Below, piece by piece: positions 7,586 to 16,796 of a stretch of 32,000 nt of DNA (the stretch's first letter is position 1; the number at the start of each line of letters is the position of its first letter). The stretch spans positions 1,890,001-1,922,000 of the forward strand of contig NZ_CP017260.1 of assembly GCF_001735745.1 (NCBI RefSeq), in the 5' to 3' direction. The position numbers were made by a program, and so were the translations under genes. The notes beneath the pieces were generated by a model. The model did no database searches. It saw nothing but the letters and a program-made list of their open reading frames with translations, and was not told the DNA's origin. The DNA comes from Formosa sp. Hel1_33_131 (lineage in GTDB: Bacteria > Bacteroidota > Bacteroidia > Flavobacteriales > Flavobacteriaceae).

Positions 7586-10500
7586 TTAAAGGATTACAAG
7601 TTTTTCAATTTTTTCTGCTTGCATTCCTGTGCTTGATGAACGTACTTTTAATTTATAGACATAAACTCCTTTTCCAATTTTGCTGCCAAAATCGTCGGTG
7701 CCATCCCAAGTGATATCTCGAGAGACAGAACTTGTTGTTTTAGAGCCGGCATTGGTTTGTCCATTAATGGTTTTTATCAATTTACCCGAAACGGTGAATA
7801 TCTGAATAGAAACGTCTAATACATCCGAACTATTGTGGTTGAACCAAAATTCTGTGTAATTCACAAATGGATTGGGGTAATTCAACACATTGGTAAGCTC
7901 TAAACTAACGTCTTTATCAAAGACGATAAATTGAATGTCCTGTGTAGAAGCATTGTTGTACACATCCCATGCTTTAAGAGTCAAAGTGTGTAAACCAGGG
8001 CTTAAATCTCTCAGAGGATAACTCAAAGAACCTCTTTTGTAATCATCGATGGCTGCGACATAATAGTCGTTTAATTTGTAAACATTGGTTTCATCTCCAT
8101 CTAAAATACCGGTAATGTCATGTCCAATCCCACTGGCGGTATTGATGCCATTTTCGTCATATAAATTTGCTAAAAGCGTCGGCTCTTCATTGGTGATGCC
8201 CCCAGAAACAAAATTTTCATCGTTCATATATAGGTTGATGGTCGGTCCTATATTGTCTTCTGGCGCATTGAGGTTGACCCCTCCAATTTTAATGTCGTAA
8301 TTATACCCCCTATTGTCGGATAGAGGAGCTTCGGATTTAGAATACAAACTTATTTTTCCATTCCCTTCTGTGACTGTAATATCTCTAGGGACAATAAATT
8401 CAAATGCAAATTGTCCATTGGTCACACTTGCTTGTCCTCTAAAAATCACTTCTCCCAACGCATCAAAGTTCATTAGAATCAAATTATCCGCCGCATCTTC
8501 TACGCCGTCGTTTCCAAGGGTAGAACGCTGAAGGTCTTTGTCGTAAATAGTTGCGGTGAGTACGCCGTTGTAGTTATTTAAAACAGTTCCCTGTGCATCG
8601 GTGACATTCCCTTCGATTTTGGCAGGACCCAAAGCTTTTAGAACTTGGGTGCTGTTGTTCACGTCTTCGTCATTTATTTTTGTAACTCTAATGTCTGGTT
8701 TTGCAATGGGAAGTTTAATGGCAGGATCTCCAATGTTAAAAACCAAGCGACGCTGAGGTTTGCTGGAAATCGCAGGATCGTTTTTAGTACGCCTCAGTGC
8801 TTCACCAATACTCAAGGTTTGGTCACTTCCGTATGAAAATAAATATTGACTTAAGGTTTTATTAAAAGCGGTGCCAGCATTCACATAAATTTTCCGCGTG
8901 GTGGTGATCAAGCTAATGGCACCTCCTTTTTTATTCCAAAATAAATACTCGCCAGCCGTTTCTCTCAGCGGGTTGTCAAATTTGGTGTATTCACAAGTGA
9001 CGGTTACAAAGCAGTTAAGCTTGCAGGGGTTGTTAAGCTCTTGTGCATTTATTTTGTCAAAAATACGTTCGTTAGCTAAGCCATCTTCCCCGCCGTGTCC
9101 AAAATAATTAACCACAAGCGCTCCGACTTCTAGCGCATCAAAAATAGCTTTGTTTACGAGAGAATATCGTGCGCCTCCTGATGAGGTTTCTTGAACGTAG
9201 GAATCTGCATGAATTTTTTTGACATTCATAAAGGGTTTTTCTGCTTTGACATCCTCTGCAATAATTTCAGTTGTGGATTGAATGATGCGGTCTGATACAT
9301 CATCTACATCATCCGAGATGAGTAAAAAATTATTTCGCCAACTTCCATAAGTTTCGGGCATATAATAAGACTCTACTTTATCTACCATTTCTTTGGCACG
9401 TTGGGTGTTTTCGGCCAAAATCCGTCCCACTGCAATGTCTAGTATGTTGTTGTTAGACATGGTGCCTTCATTGGAATCCATCATGCCAAAATAGTCATCA
9501 GATATAAAAGAAGTTGTCAAACTAAAACTTTCTGTGGAATACCAAGAGGGAACAATATTGGTGTTGTTAGAAATACGGTCTTTGTAATCAAAAGAAGCAT
9601 CGCCAAATAAACACAAGTATTTTAGTTTTTTGGAAGGTGTACTGGCATTGTCATATACATATTTTACAAAATTTCGAATGCCTCCAATGTCTTGCATTCC
9701 AGAACTAAACTCTTGGTAAATGGATTCTAAAGCATATACTTTGACGTTCAAATTGTGTTGAGTCCGATTAATTTGTGCCAGACGTTCCGCTTGCGCTCTT
9801 AAATAATTGGGTGCGACGATTAGATAGTCAATATCTTTAAATTCTCCTTGGGCGTCCAAAAATACCGTCCCTTTAATGTCTTGATTGGGTACATTGGTGT
9901 TGTTGGTTTTTCTGGGGACATAAAAATCAGGCCCCACTGCTTGGTAGGTTTTTAAGGTTCCTAAACTCGTTTTGAAACTAAATTCAGATGCGGCATCCGT
10001 ATTGGTGTAAAATTGAATTTGATACGGATTGCTGATGTCCCAAACTTGAGAGATGGTAGCGGCATTTGAAATCTCAAACTGACCAATCCCTAATTGTGTT
10101 GAGGTGCCATTATGTTTGAATTCAAATTGAGTTCCGAGGCTCGTCAACGCACATTCGGCTTCTATCGATATATAATCTAAATATGCCGTCGCAGACGGAT
10201 TGCCATTATTGTTGTAAGATAATTCTACATTGATAGTTTCTGAGCTAGAGGAAACAGCTCCGCTAAAAAAATCTGCTCTTGCGAGAATGTCTTTGTCAAT
10301 TGCTTCATAAGTAAAATTATCAACTTCAGATCCATTCACGTTGAGCTGCATTGAAGTGTCAGACTCGGATGCTGCGGCCGTATAAACTCTCAAGGCCACA
10401 GGGCTGCTTGTGATTAAATTTGGGAAGTCGAAACTAAACGCTCTTACGTTTTCCACATAGAAACGATGCCCAAACCAGCGCCTTCCCATTTTGGCAATAT

Positions 10501-11428
10501 TATAGGTGTCAGATTCTACAAATTTATAGTTATGAAAACTGTTATACGTCACATCTGCTTCGCCAGTGGGTTCTATTGCTGTGGACATTCTGGCGCCATT
10601 TCCAAGGCTGATATTTACATAATAATAACTTTTATCACTGTAAGGATTAACGTGTGAATTGTTGTCGGAGTTGTACTTTTTAGGTCCAATGGCATACATC
10701 AAAATGTAGTCACTGTCATTAAAAACACCATCTTCTTCGCCAACCACTTGGATGGTGTTTTCGATCAAATCGTTAGAAACGGTATCCGAGTTCAGTAAAG
10801 GAAGCGATTTCCCACCATGACCATAAATCTTAATATTTTTAGGGTTTATGGAACTGGTGTTGATGCCCAAGCTATTCAGAAAATTTCGGTTTAGTTTGTG
10901 AACCCCCGTGGTATCGACGGCAAATCGGTACCAATCTCCTGATTTTAAATTAGAGCTGCTGATGGAAGCGGTGCTAGAAGTCCTTCTGTTTTGCGCATTC
11001 ATTCGGTATGAAATCGTAAATCGTGTCATTTTTTTAAGAACCCCATTTTCATAATAAATAGGCGAAATTTCTACATGGCCTTTTGAGTTATCTCTATAAA
11101 CTGCATTCTCAACCTTTAAGGAGGGCGTATTTGGAATGGAAGATAGTGGCAATTGTTTTAAATCTGTTTTGGAAATCTCAATACTTTCAACGGATTCTAG
11201 TGCCGCCGAACGTTCATCTAAGCGTCCGTTCAGATTCCATTGGGCTGAAAAAGTAATGCCATTTTTGAGCGAAAATGTATAGTATTTTGAGTCAAAAGAA
11301 GGGAGTTCAATAGAGCTGTCGCCAGTGCTTAAAGTGATTGATCCGCCCCAGTTGATGTCAAAACTTTGAGTTTGAGCGGTTCCAAAATAAAAACAAAATA
11401 AGGCTATAAAAGGCAACAATCTTTTCAT
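7586..11428 (-). CDS. porU: T9SS C-terminal signal peptidase/sortase PorU (gingipain-like C25 family)
   Basis: The track ORF extends to 11503, but I call the start at ATG 11428 (MKRLLPFIALFCFYFGTAQTQ, a clean signal peptide), giving 1281 aa. C25-like core blocks are YLCLFGDASFDYKD and VNYFGHGGEDGLA. The protein carries its own T9SS CTD at the C-terminus (LNYPNPFVNYTEFWF...GVYVYKLKV). A -7 box at 11482-11489 lies inside the longer ORF. Confidence 0.9.
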   Translation of the reverse strand: MKRLLPFIALFCFYFGTAQTQSFDINWGGSITLSTGDSSIELPSFDSKYYTFSLKNGITFSAQWNLNGRLDERSAALESVESIEISKTDLKQLPLSSIPNTPSLKVENAVYRDNSKGHVEISPIYYENGVLKKMTRFTISYRMNAQNRRTSSTASISSSNLKSGDWYRFAVDTTGVHKLNRNFLNSLGINTSSINPKNIKIYGHGGKSLPLLNSDTVSNDLIENTIQVVGEEDGVFNDSDYILMYAIGPKKYNSDNNSHVNPYSDKSYYYVNISLGNGARMSTAIEPTGEADVTYNSFHNYKFVESDTYNIAKMGRRWFGHRFYVENVRAFSFDFPNLITSSPVALRVYTAAASESDTSMQLNVNGSEVDNFTYEAIDKDILARADFFSGAVSSSSETINVELSYNNNGNPSATAYLDYISIEAECALTSLGTQFEFKHNGTSTQLGIGQFEISNAATISQVWDISNPYQIQFYTNTDAASEFSFKTSLGTLKTYQAVGPDFYVPRKTNNTNVPNQDIKGTVFLDAQGEFKDIDYLIVAPNYLRAQAERLAQINRTQHNLNVKVYALESIYQEFSSGMQDIGGIRNFVKYVYDNASTPSKKLKYLCLFGDASFDYKDRISNNTNIVPSWYSTESFSLTTSFISDDYFGMMDSNEGTMSNNNILDIAVGRILAENTQRAKEMVDKVESYYMPETYGSWRNNFLLISDDVDDVSDRIIQSTTEIIAEDVKAEKPFMNVKKIHADSYVQETSSGGARYSLVNKAIFDALEVGALVVNYFGHGGEDGLANERIFDKINAQELNNPCKLNCFVTVTCEYTKFDNPLRETAGEYLFWNKKGGAISLITTTRKIYVNAGTAFNKTLSQYLFSYGSDQTLSIGEALRRTKNDPAISSKPQRRLVFNIGDPAIKLPIAKPDIRVTKINDEDVNNSTQVLKALGPAKIEGNVTDAQGTVLNNYNGVLTATIYDKDLQRSTLGNDGVEDAADNLILMNFDALGEVIFRGQASVTNGQFAFEFIVPRDITVTEGNGKISLYSKSEAPLSDNRGYNYDIKIGGVNLNAPEDNIGPTINLYMNDENFVSGGITNEEPTLLANLYDENGINTASGIGHDITGILDGDETNVYKLNDYYVAAIDDYKRGSLSYPLRDLSPGLHTLTLKAWDVYNNASTQDIQFIVFDKDVSLELTNVLNYPNPFVNYTEFWFNHNSSDVLDVSIQIFTVSGKLIKTINGQTNAGSKTTSSVSRDITWDGTDDFGSKIGKGVYVYKLKVRSSSTGMQAEKIEKLVIL

Positions 11429-11481
11429 AGTAAAGAAACGCAATGTTATGGTCATTAGTATCGATAAATAAAAGCTAATTT

Positions 11482-11489
11482 CAAAATTA
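11482..11489 (-). promoter_or_regulatory. Candidate -7 box (TAATTTTG on minus strand) for porU-porV
   Basis: Plus-strand CAAAATTA is an exact TAnnTTTG match on the minus strand, 53 nt upstream of ATG 11428 and downstream of the alternative ATG at 11503. Confidence 0.4.
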
Positions 11490-11649
11490 CAATAATAAAT
11501 CATAAAATTCAGCGTTTTTAATCAAAGTAATCCAAATAAATAAATCAAAAAAATAGAATAAATCCCTCTGCTTTTTTATTGCATAATAATCTATAATTAG
11601 TATATTGCGGGACTTAATTCAATTGCGTTTTACCAATTATAAGTTGAAT

Positions 11650-13317
11650 ATGAAAAAAATGATAACAATACGAATATTACTTCTAGTAGCATTGTCCACA
11701 TCTTTAGTAGGATGTAGCAAATCATCAAAATCTGGAAACTCTTCAAGAGGGACAGGTTGGCAAATTAACGCCAAAGAAGGTGGTTTTCAATACAACACAA
11801 ATTTCAAAGAACAAGAAACTGCACCAGGATTGGTCTTTGTGGAAGGGGGAACCTTCACCATGGGAAAAGTGCAAGACGATGTCATGCACGACTGGAACAA
11901 TTCGCCCAACCAACAGCACGTTCAGTCCTTCTATATGGACGAGACAGAAGTTACCAACATGATGTATTTGGAGTATTTAGATTGGATTAAGCGGGTGTAT
12001 CCACCAGACAATCCAGATTACAGATCTATTTATAACGGAGCCGTCCCAGACACACTCGTATGGAGAAACCGTTTGGGTTACAGTGAAGTGATGGTCGAAA
12101 ATTACCTTCGTCATCCCGCTTATAAAGATTACCCAGTGGTTGGAGTGAGTTGGATGCAAGCCGTTGAATTTGCAAACTGGAGATCCGATAGAGTTGCAGA
12201 AATGGGCTTACAAGAAGAAGGCTATCTTAAAAGAGATTCCAATATTCTAGATACCTCTGCAGAAAGTAATTTCAATATAGACACCTACGTAAACACTCCA
12301 ACAAGTACTTTTGGAGGGAATGAAGAAGTTATTAAAGGTGGAAAACGAAAGATTAAAACTGATGAAGAGGGCAATGAAATAAATGTCTATGCCACTCGTG
12401 AAACAGGCGCTATCCCCTTAAAATACCGTCTCCCAACAGAAGCAGAATGGGAATATGCAGCATTGGGACTTACAGAGCTTAGAAGTTACAACGTTTACAG
12501 AGGACGTAAAAAATATCCTTGGGATGGTCAATACTCTCGATCTGGAGATCGTAAAACAAGAGGAGATCAATTAGCAAATTTCAAACAAGGCAAAGGAGAT
12601 TATGGCGGAATTGCTGGATGGTCTGATGATGGAGCCGATATTACAAACGAAGTGATGTCTTACGAGCCCAATAATTTTGGAATCTATGACATGGCGGGGA
12701 ACGTTGCGGAATGGGTTGCGGATGTTTACAGACCTATTGTAGATGATGAGTTTAGTGACTTCGGATACTATAGAGGTAATGTATATACCAAAAATGCTAT
12801 TGGAGAAGATGGTGGTGTTTCAGTGATTGGGATTGATGACATTGAATATGACACACTTTCAAATGGAAAAGTAATTGCCACAGGCCTTCCAGGTCAAATT
12901 AGTCAAGTACCGGTGGACGAAAATGAAACCTATTTACGTACCAATTTCGATGAAAGTAACAATATTAACTACCGGGACGGTGATGCAAGATCTTCAAGAT
13001 TCTTTGATGATTTTGAAGAAGACGATTCTGATAATGATGCCGTGACGCGTAAAATGTACAACTCTCCAAACCACAAGGTGTCTGCAAATGACTCAGGGAT
13101 AAATAGACAATATGATAAGTCAGATGTGAGAACATCACTTATCAATGACGAAGTAAGAGTCTACAAAGGTGGATCTTGGAAAGACAGAGAATACTGGCTC
13201 GATCCAGCTCAAAGACGTTATTACCCAGAAGATATGGCAACAGACTATATCGGATTTAGATGTGCAATGTCTAGAGTAGGGTCTAAATCACTTTCAAAAA
13301 AGAAACGAAAAAATTAA
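11650..13317 (+). CDS. gldJ: Gliding motility lipoprotein GldJ (FGE/sulfatase-modifying-factor-like fold)
   Basis: The track ORF starts at a TTG (11605). I call ATG 11650 (MKKMITIRILLLVALSTSLVGC|SKS, a lipobox), giving 555 aa. Conserved GldJ/FGE-like blocks are GLVFVEGGTFTMG, ETEVTNMMYLEYLDW, YPVVGVSWMQAVEFANW, LPTEAEWEYAA, GNVAEWVAD, RVYKGGSWKD and IGFRCA. It is divergent from porU. Confidence 0.9.
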   Translation: MKKMITIRILLLVALSTSLVGCSKSSKSGNSSRGTGWQINAKEGGFQYNTNFKEQETAPGLVFVEGGTFTMGKVQDDVMHDWNNSPNQQHVQSFYMDETEVTNMMYLEYLDWIKRVYPPDNPDYRSIYNGAVPDTLVWRNRLGYSEVMVENYLRHPAYKDYPVVGVSWMQAVEFANWRSDRVAEMGLQEEGYLKRDSNILDTSAESNFNIDTYVNTPTSTFGGNEEVIKGGKRKIKTDEEGNEINVYATRETGAIPLKYRLPTEAEWEYAALGLTELRSYNVYRGRKKYPWDGQYSRSGDRKTRGDQLANFKQGKGDYGGIAGWSDDGADITNEVMSYEPNNFGIYDMAGNVAEWVADVYRPIVDDEFSDFGYYRGNVYTKNAIGEDGGVSVIGIDDIEYDTLSNGKVIATGLPGQISQVPVDENETYLRTNFDESNNINYRDGDARSSRFFDDFEEDDSDNDAVTRKMYNSPNHKVSANDSGINRQYDKSDVRTSLINDEVRVYKGGSWKDREYWLDPAQRRYYPEDMATDYIGFRCAMSRVGSKSLSKKKRKN

Positions 13318-13339
13318 TTTTTTTACTTTACATAATTTT

Positions 13340-13377
13340 AAGTCCTATCAATTTTAATTGTTAGGACTTTTTTTTAT
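13340..13377 (+). terminator. Rho-independent terminator after gldJ
   Basis: AAGTCCTA...TAGGACTT is an 8-bp stem (13340-13347 with 13362-13369) followed by an eight-T run. Confidence 0.6.
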
Positions 13378-13386
13378 TTTTAGGAT

Positions 13387-14670
13387 ATGGAATTAAACCA
13401 AATTCATCACTTATTTTTGAAGAGCTCAGGCACTTCTACCGACACGCGAAACATCAAACAGGACTCTCTATTTTTCGCCTTAAAAGGCGCGAACTTTAAT
13501 GGGAATACATTTGCACACCAAGCGCTTGAAAGCGGCGCAAACTATGCCGTGATTGATCAGGTCGTGCATCCCACAGACGAACGTTTTATTTTGGTTGATG
13601 ACGTTTTAGAAACGCTGCAAGCACTCGCTAGTTTTCATAGAAATCACCTCGGGTTGCCCATTATTGCCCTGACAGGAAGCAACGGAAAAACCACCACTAA
13701 AGAATTGATTCACGCCGTATTGAAACTACACTTCAAAACCGTGGCGACCGTTGGAAACCTAAACAACCACATAGGCGTGCCTTTAACGCTTTTAAGCATG
13801 ACTGCTGATACCGAAATTGGCATTGTAGAAATGGGAGCGAACCACGCAAAAGAAATTGCGATGCTTTGTGAAATTGCACAACCAAACATGGGCTATATCA
13901 CCAATTTTGGGAAAGCCCATTTAGAAGGCTTTAGATCAGAAGAAGGGGTCGTAAAAGCCAAAAGTGAGTTGTATGATTTCCTCAAGGCGAACACAGGCTT
14001 GATTATTTTGAATTCTGATGATGGAAAACAAGTCGCGCAAGTTGGGACTTACGATAACGTTTATACCTTTTCTCAATCTCTGGAAACGTCTCTAAATGTG
14101 AAGCTTACGGCGACACAACCCTTTTTGAATGTCGCACTAAAAAACACAACCATTAAAACCAACCTTGTTGGGGCTTATAATTTCTGCAATGTAGCAGCGG
14201 CTTTGACTATTGGAATCTATTTCAAGTTATCACCCTTACAGCTAAAAAATGGAATTGAAGCCTATGTGCCGGAAAATAACCGATCGCAAATCATTCAGAA
14301 AATCTCCAATGAAATATTATTAGATGCTTACAACGCCAATCCGAGCAGTATGGACGTTGCGTTGGAAAATTTTAAAGGCATTCAAAACCAACACAAGCTC
14401 GCCATTTTAGGAGATATGTTTGAGCTTGGAACTACCAGCGCCAAAGAACATTTAGCAGTCGTAAACCAAGCAATTTTAACCAAGGACTGTAGTTTTTACT
14501 TTGTAGGGTCTCATTTCTTTGAGCAGAAAATACACCATCCAAACCTCCTATTTTTTGAAACCTTTCAAGACCTTCAAATACATTTAGAAAAAACAACCAT
14601 TTCAAATACCAGCATCTTAATAAAAGGATCGCGTGGGATGGCTTTGGAGCGGGTATTGGAATTCATTTAA
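13387..14670 (+). CDS. murF: UDP-N-acetylmuramoyl-tripeptide--D-alanyl-D-alanine ligase
   Basis: 427 aa. Mur ligase signatures are present: DTRNIKQDSLFFALKG, ATP-binding ALTGSNGKTTTKE, and the NANPSSM motif. Length and domain order match MurF. Confidence 0.93.
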   Translation: MELNQIHHLFLKSSGTSTDTRNIKQDSLFFALKGANFNGNTFAHQALESGANYAVIDQVVHPTDERFILVDDVLETLQALASFHRNHLGLPIIALTGSNGKTTTKELIHAVLKLHFKTVATVGNLNNHIGVPLTLLSMTADTEIGIVEMGANHAKEIAMLCEIAQPNMGYITNFGKAHLEGFRSEEGVVKAKSELYDFLKANTGLIILNSDDGKQVAQVGTYDNVYTFSQSLETSLNVKLTATQPFLNVALKNTTIKTNLVGAYNFCNVAAALTIGIYFKLSPLQLKNGIEAYVPENNRSQIIQKISNEILLDAYNANPSSMDVALENFKGIQNQHKLAILGDMFELGTTSAKEHLAVVNQAILTKDCSFYFVGSHFFEQKIHHPNLLFFETFQDLQIHLEKTTISNTSILIKGSRGMALERVLEFI

Positions 14671-14696
14671 AAAAGACTGTCTAAAAGCAAGAAATC

Positions 14697-14797
14697 TGTC
14701 ATTCTGAATTTATTTCAGAATCTCAATTAACTTAAATTTAATTTGTTTCAGAACCTGAAACAAGCCTGCCTGGCGGTAGGCAGGTTCAGATTGACAA
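14697..14797. repeat. Cluster of REP-like palindromic units typical of Bacteroidetes intergenic repeats
   Basis: There are three consecutive hairpins: ATTCTGAA-tttat-TTCAGAAT (14701-14721), TGTTTCAG-aac-CTGAAACA (14744-14762) and CCTGCCT-ggcggt-AGGCAGG (14765-14784). The word TTCAGA/TCTGAA recurs five times. GTCATTCTGAATTTATTTCAGAATCTC resembles the widespread Bacteroidetes repeat that yields spurious '...CHSELVSES...' ORFs (from memory). The third hairpin, followed by CTTGTTT on the minus strand, may terminate the tRNA. Confidence 0.55.
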
Positions 14798-14814
14798 AAC
14801 ACAGCTTTATTTTG

Positions 14815-14889
14815 TGGGTCATACTGGATTCGAACCAGTGACTTCTACCCTGTCAAGGTAACACTCTGAACCAACTGAGTTAATGACCC
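14815..14889 (-). tRNA. tRNA-Val (anticodon GAC)
   Basis: Manual cloverleaf on the reverse complement: GGGTCAT TA ACTC AGTTGGTTCA GAGT G TTACC TTGACAG GGTAG AAGTC ACTGG TTCGAAT CCAGT ATGACCC A, 75 nt. The acceptor, D and T stems are perfect, the T-loop is TTCGAAT, and the anticodon loop is TT-GAC-AG. CCA is not encoded. Confidence 0.93.
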
Positions 14890-14903
14890 TTTTTGTGAGG
14901 ATG

Positions 14904-14911
14904 TAAAAATA
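14904..14911 (-). promoter_or_regulatory. Near-consensus -7 box (TATTTTTA on minus strand) upstream of tRNA-Val
   Basis: Plus-strand TAAAAATA has one mismatch to TAnnTTTG (final G to A). It ends 14 nt upstream of the tRNA 5' end. Confidence 0.25.
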
Positions 14912-15020
14912 CTAATATCTTTTAATTATGTATCTTTATTTTTTAAATTATAATTAACTAATATTTAGAACCTTGATACTTATAACCAATCAAACATTTC
15001 CTAACTATATTATCAAATTT

Positions 15021-15707
15021 ATGTCCGATGAATGGATCGTGAATAATTGTGCTGTGTTAGTGGTTGTTATTTTTATCTTGGGACTGGGTCGTTTTTTGTC
15101 GCGACAACAGAATGTGAATGTCACTTACCTCATGGGAGGCATTATGTTTTTCACATCGGTGGTGACCCCCTTACGGACGGTTTTAAATGGACACTGGAAT
15201 ATAGTTACTGATCTGCCGCTTCATTTGTGCGGAATTTCAGGGTTGATCTGTTCTTTTCTGCCCTTTTTGAAACGGAAACAAGTTTTGTTTGATTTTGTGT
15301 TTTACACGGGTGTTATTGGCGGCATCATGTCCGTGCTCACCCCTCAAATGAATGGCTTTGACGGCAGTGATTTTGCGTATTTAGAATACTATGTAAGACA
15401 CGTAACGATCTTTTTATTACCCCTCTACATGCTTCAAAATTTAAACATCAAACTCTCTAAATATTCAGTCCTTACGTCCTTTATTATCATTAATGTGTTA
15501 TTGGTATTCATCATGCCTTTAAACTTTTATTTAGGGTCTAATTATATGTATTTGGCAGAACCGCCACAAGTGAATAATCCTTTGGTCATCGGTCAATGGC
15601 CCTATTATTTGTTATGGTTTGAAGTTTTTATTGTGGTCTTGATGTCTGTTTTTTATAAGCTTTCCACCTTAAAATTTAATCTAAAAAAACAACTAATTAG
15701 TGATTAA
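15021..15707 (+). CDS. Polytopic integral membrane protein (YwaF/TIGR02206/TMEM164-like, PLHLC motif)
   Basis: The track ORF starts at TTG 14973. The first ATG is at 15021 (MSDEWIVNN...), giving 228 aa. There are about 7 hydrophobic segments and the motif DLPLHLCGISG, which I associate with this family from memory. Confidence 0.7.
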   Translation: MSDEWIVNNCAVLVVVIFILGLGRFLSRQQNVNVTYLMGGIMFFTSVVTPLRTVLNGHWNIVTDLPLHLCGISGLICSFLPFLKRKQVLFDFVFYTGVIGGIMSVLTPQMNGFDGSDFAYLEYYVRHVTIFLLPLYMLQNLNIKLSKYSVLTSFIIINVLLVFIMPLNFYLGSNYMYLAEPPQVNNPLVIGQWPYYLLWFEVFIVVLMSVFYKLSTLKFNLKKQLISD

Positions 15708-15756
15708 TGGGCACTTTAGTATCTTCGCTCTTAAAACGAATAAACAAACAAACCCC

Positions 15757-16701
15757 ATGAAATTCAAAATTCTACTGCTAGCCACTCTCATTGTTCAATC
15801 GTGTATTTCAAATCAAGACGATGAAGTAAAGCCTCAAGAAATTCGTGACTTTGTTGAGTTTCTAGCCTCCGACGAACTCAAAGGTCGCGAAACCGCCACT
15901 GAAGGTGAATTGGTGGCTGCACAATTTATCAAATCAAAATTTATCGAAGCTGGCATCAAACCCTATTTCGAAACCTATTTTGATGCCTTTGAATCCAAAG
16001 GTTTTAAAGGCGTGAATGTCGTTGGGTATATAGAAGGAAATGATTCTAAATTAAAAAATGAAATTGTGCTGTTAGGCGCGCATTATGACCATATAGGATT
16101 TGGCGAAACAGTGGAAAACGATTCCATTGCCAATGGTGCCAATGACAATGCTTCAGGCACTGCTGCCGTCTTGGCAATTGCCAACCGTCTGGCACATTCA
16201 GGAACGAATAAACGATCCATCATAGTTGCATTATTTTCAGGAGAAGAAAAAGGATTATTAGGCTCAAAAGCCTTGGCTAAAAAATTAAACGAACAAGACA
16301 TTGATTTATATACCATGCTGAATTTTGAAATGATCGGCGTGCCTTTTATAGATCGTGATTATGACATTTTCTTAACCGGTTATGAATTGTCTGACTTGGG
16401 TGAAAAACTAAACACCTATACCAATACAACCATGGTTGGGATCTCAGATGTTGCTAAAAAACACAATCTTTTCAAGCGATCCGATAATTATTCGTTTTAC
16501 AATGAATTTAAAGTACCAAGTCATACCATTTCTTCTTGCGATTTGACTAATTTTGATTTTTATCACCATGTCGATGATGAAATAGACCAATTAGATTTCG
16601 CTTTTATGGCGACCACTATTAATAAATTAATACCTGGCATCGTGCAAATTTGCAATACAGATACCAAAGAAATTCAAATGTATGCACCCTCCATACCTTG
16701 A
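15757..16701 (+). CDS. M28 family zinc aminopeptidase, lipoprotein
   Basis: The track ORF starts at GTG 15700. I call ATG 15757 (MKFKILLLATLIVQSC|ISNQ), giving 314 aa. M28 metal-ligand blocks are GAHYDHIGFG, GANDNASGTAAVLAIA and FSGEEKGLLGS. Confidence 0.88.
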   Translation: MKFKILLLATLIVQSCISNQDDEVKPQEIRDFVEFLASDELKGRETATEGELVAAQFIKSKFIEAGIKPYFETYFDAFESKGFKGVNVVGYIEGNDSKLKNEIVLLGAHYDHIGFGETVENDSIANGANDNASGTAAVLAIANRLAHSGTNKRSIIVALFSGEEKGLLGSKALAKKLNEQDIDLYTMLNFEMIGVPFIDRDYDIFLTGYELSDLGEKLNTYTNTTMVGISDVAKKHNLFKRSDNYSFYNEFKVPSHTISSCDLTNFDFYHHVDDEIDQLDFAFMATTINKLIPGIVQICNTDTKEIQMYAPSIP

Positions 16702-16736
16702 GCTTGATACCCAAGGAAAATGATTATATGGATACT

Positions 16737-16769
16737 CCATACCTGCACTGAGCGTAGTCGAAGTGTGAC
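16737..16769. repeat. Fragment of a Bacteroidetes REP-like repeat (CCATACCTGCACTGAGCGTAGTCGAAGTGTGAC)
   Basis: The word GAGCGTAGTCGAAGTGTGAC resembles the family of intergenic repeats that yield spurious '..LDYAR(D/H)D..'-type ORFs in Bacteroidetes (from memory). It explains the spurious minus ORF 16674-16862. Confidence 0.4.
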
Positions 16770-16796
16770 CGATAAAAAACAATAAATAAAACACGC

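Noticed and set aside
14815-14889. tRNA-Val as an integration site for a genomic island
   Set aside because: No integrase gene is present and I saw no duplicated tRNA 3' segment nearby. Both flanks (murF and a conserved membrane protein) look like core genes.
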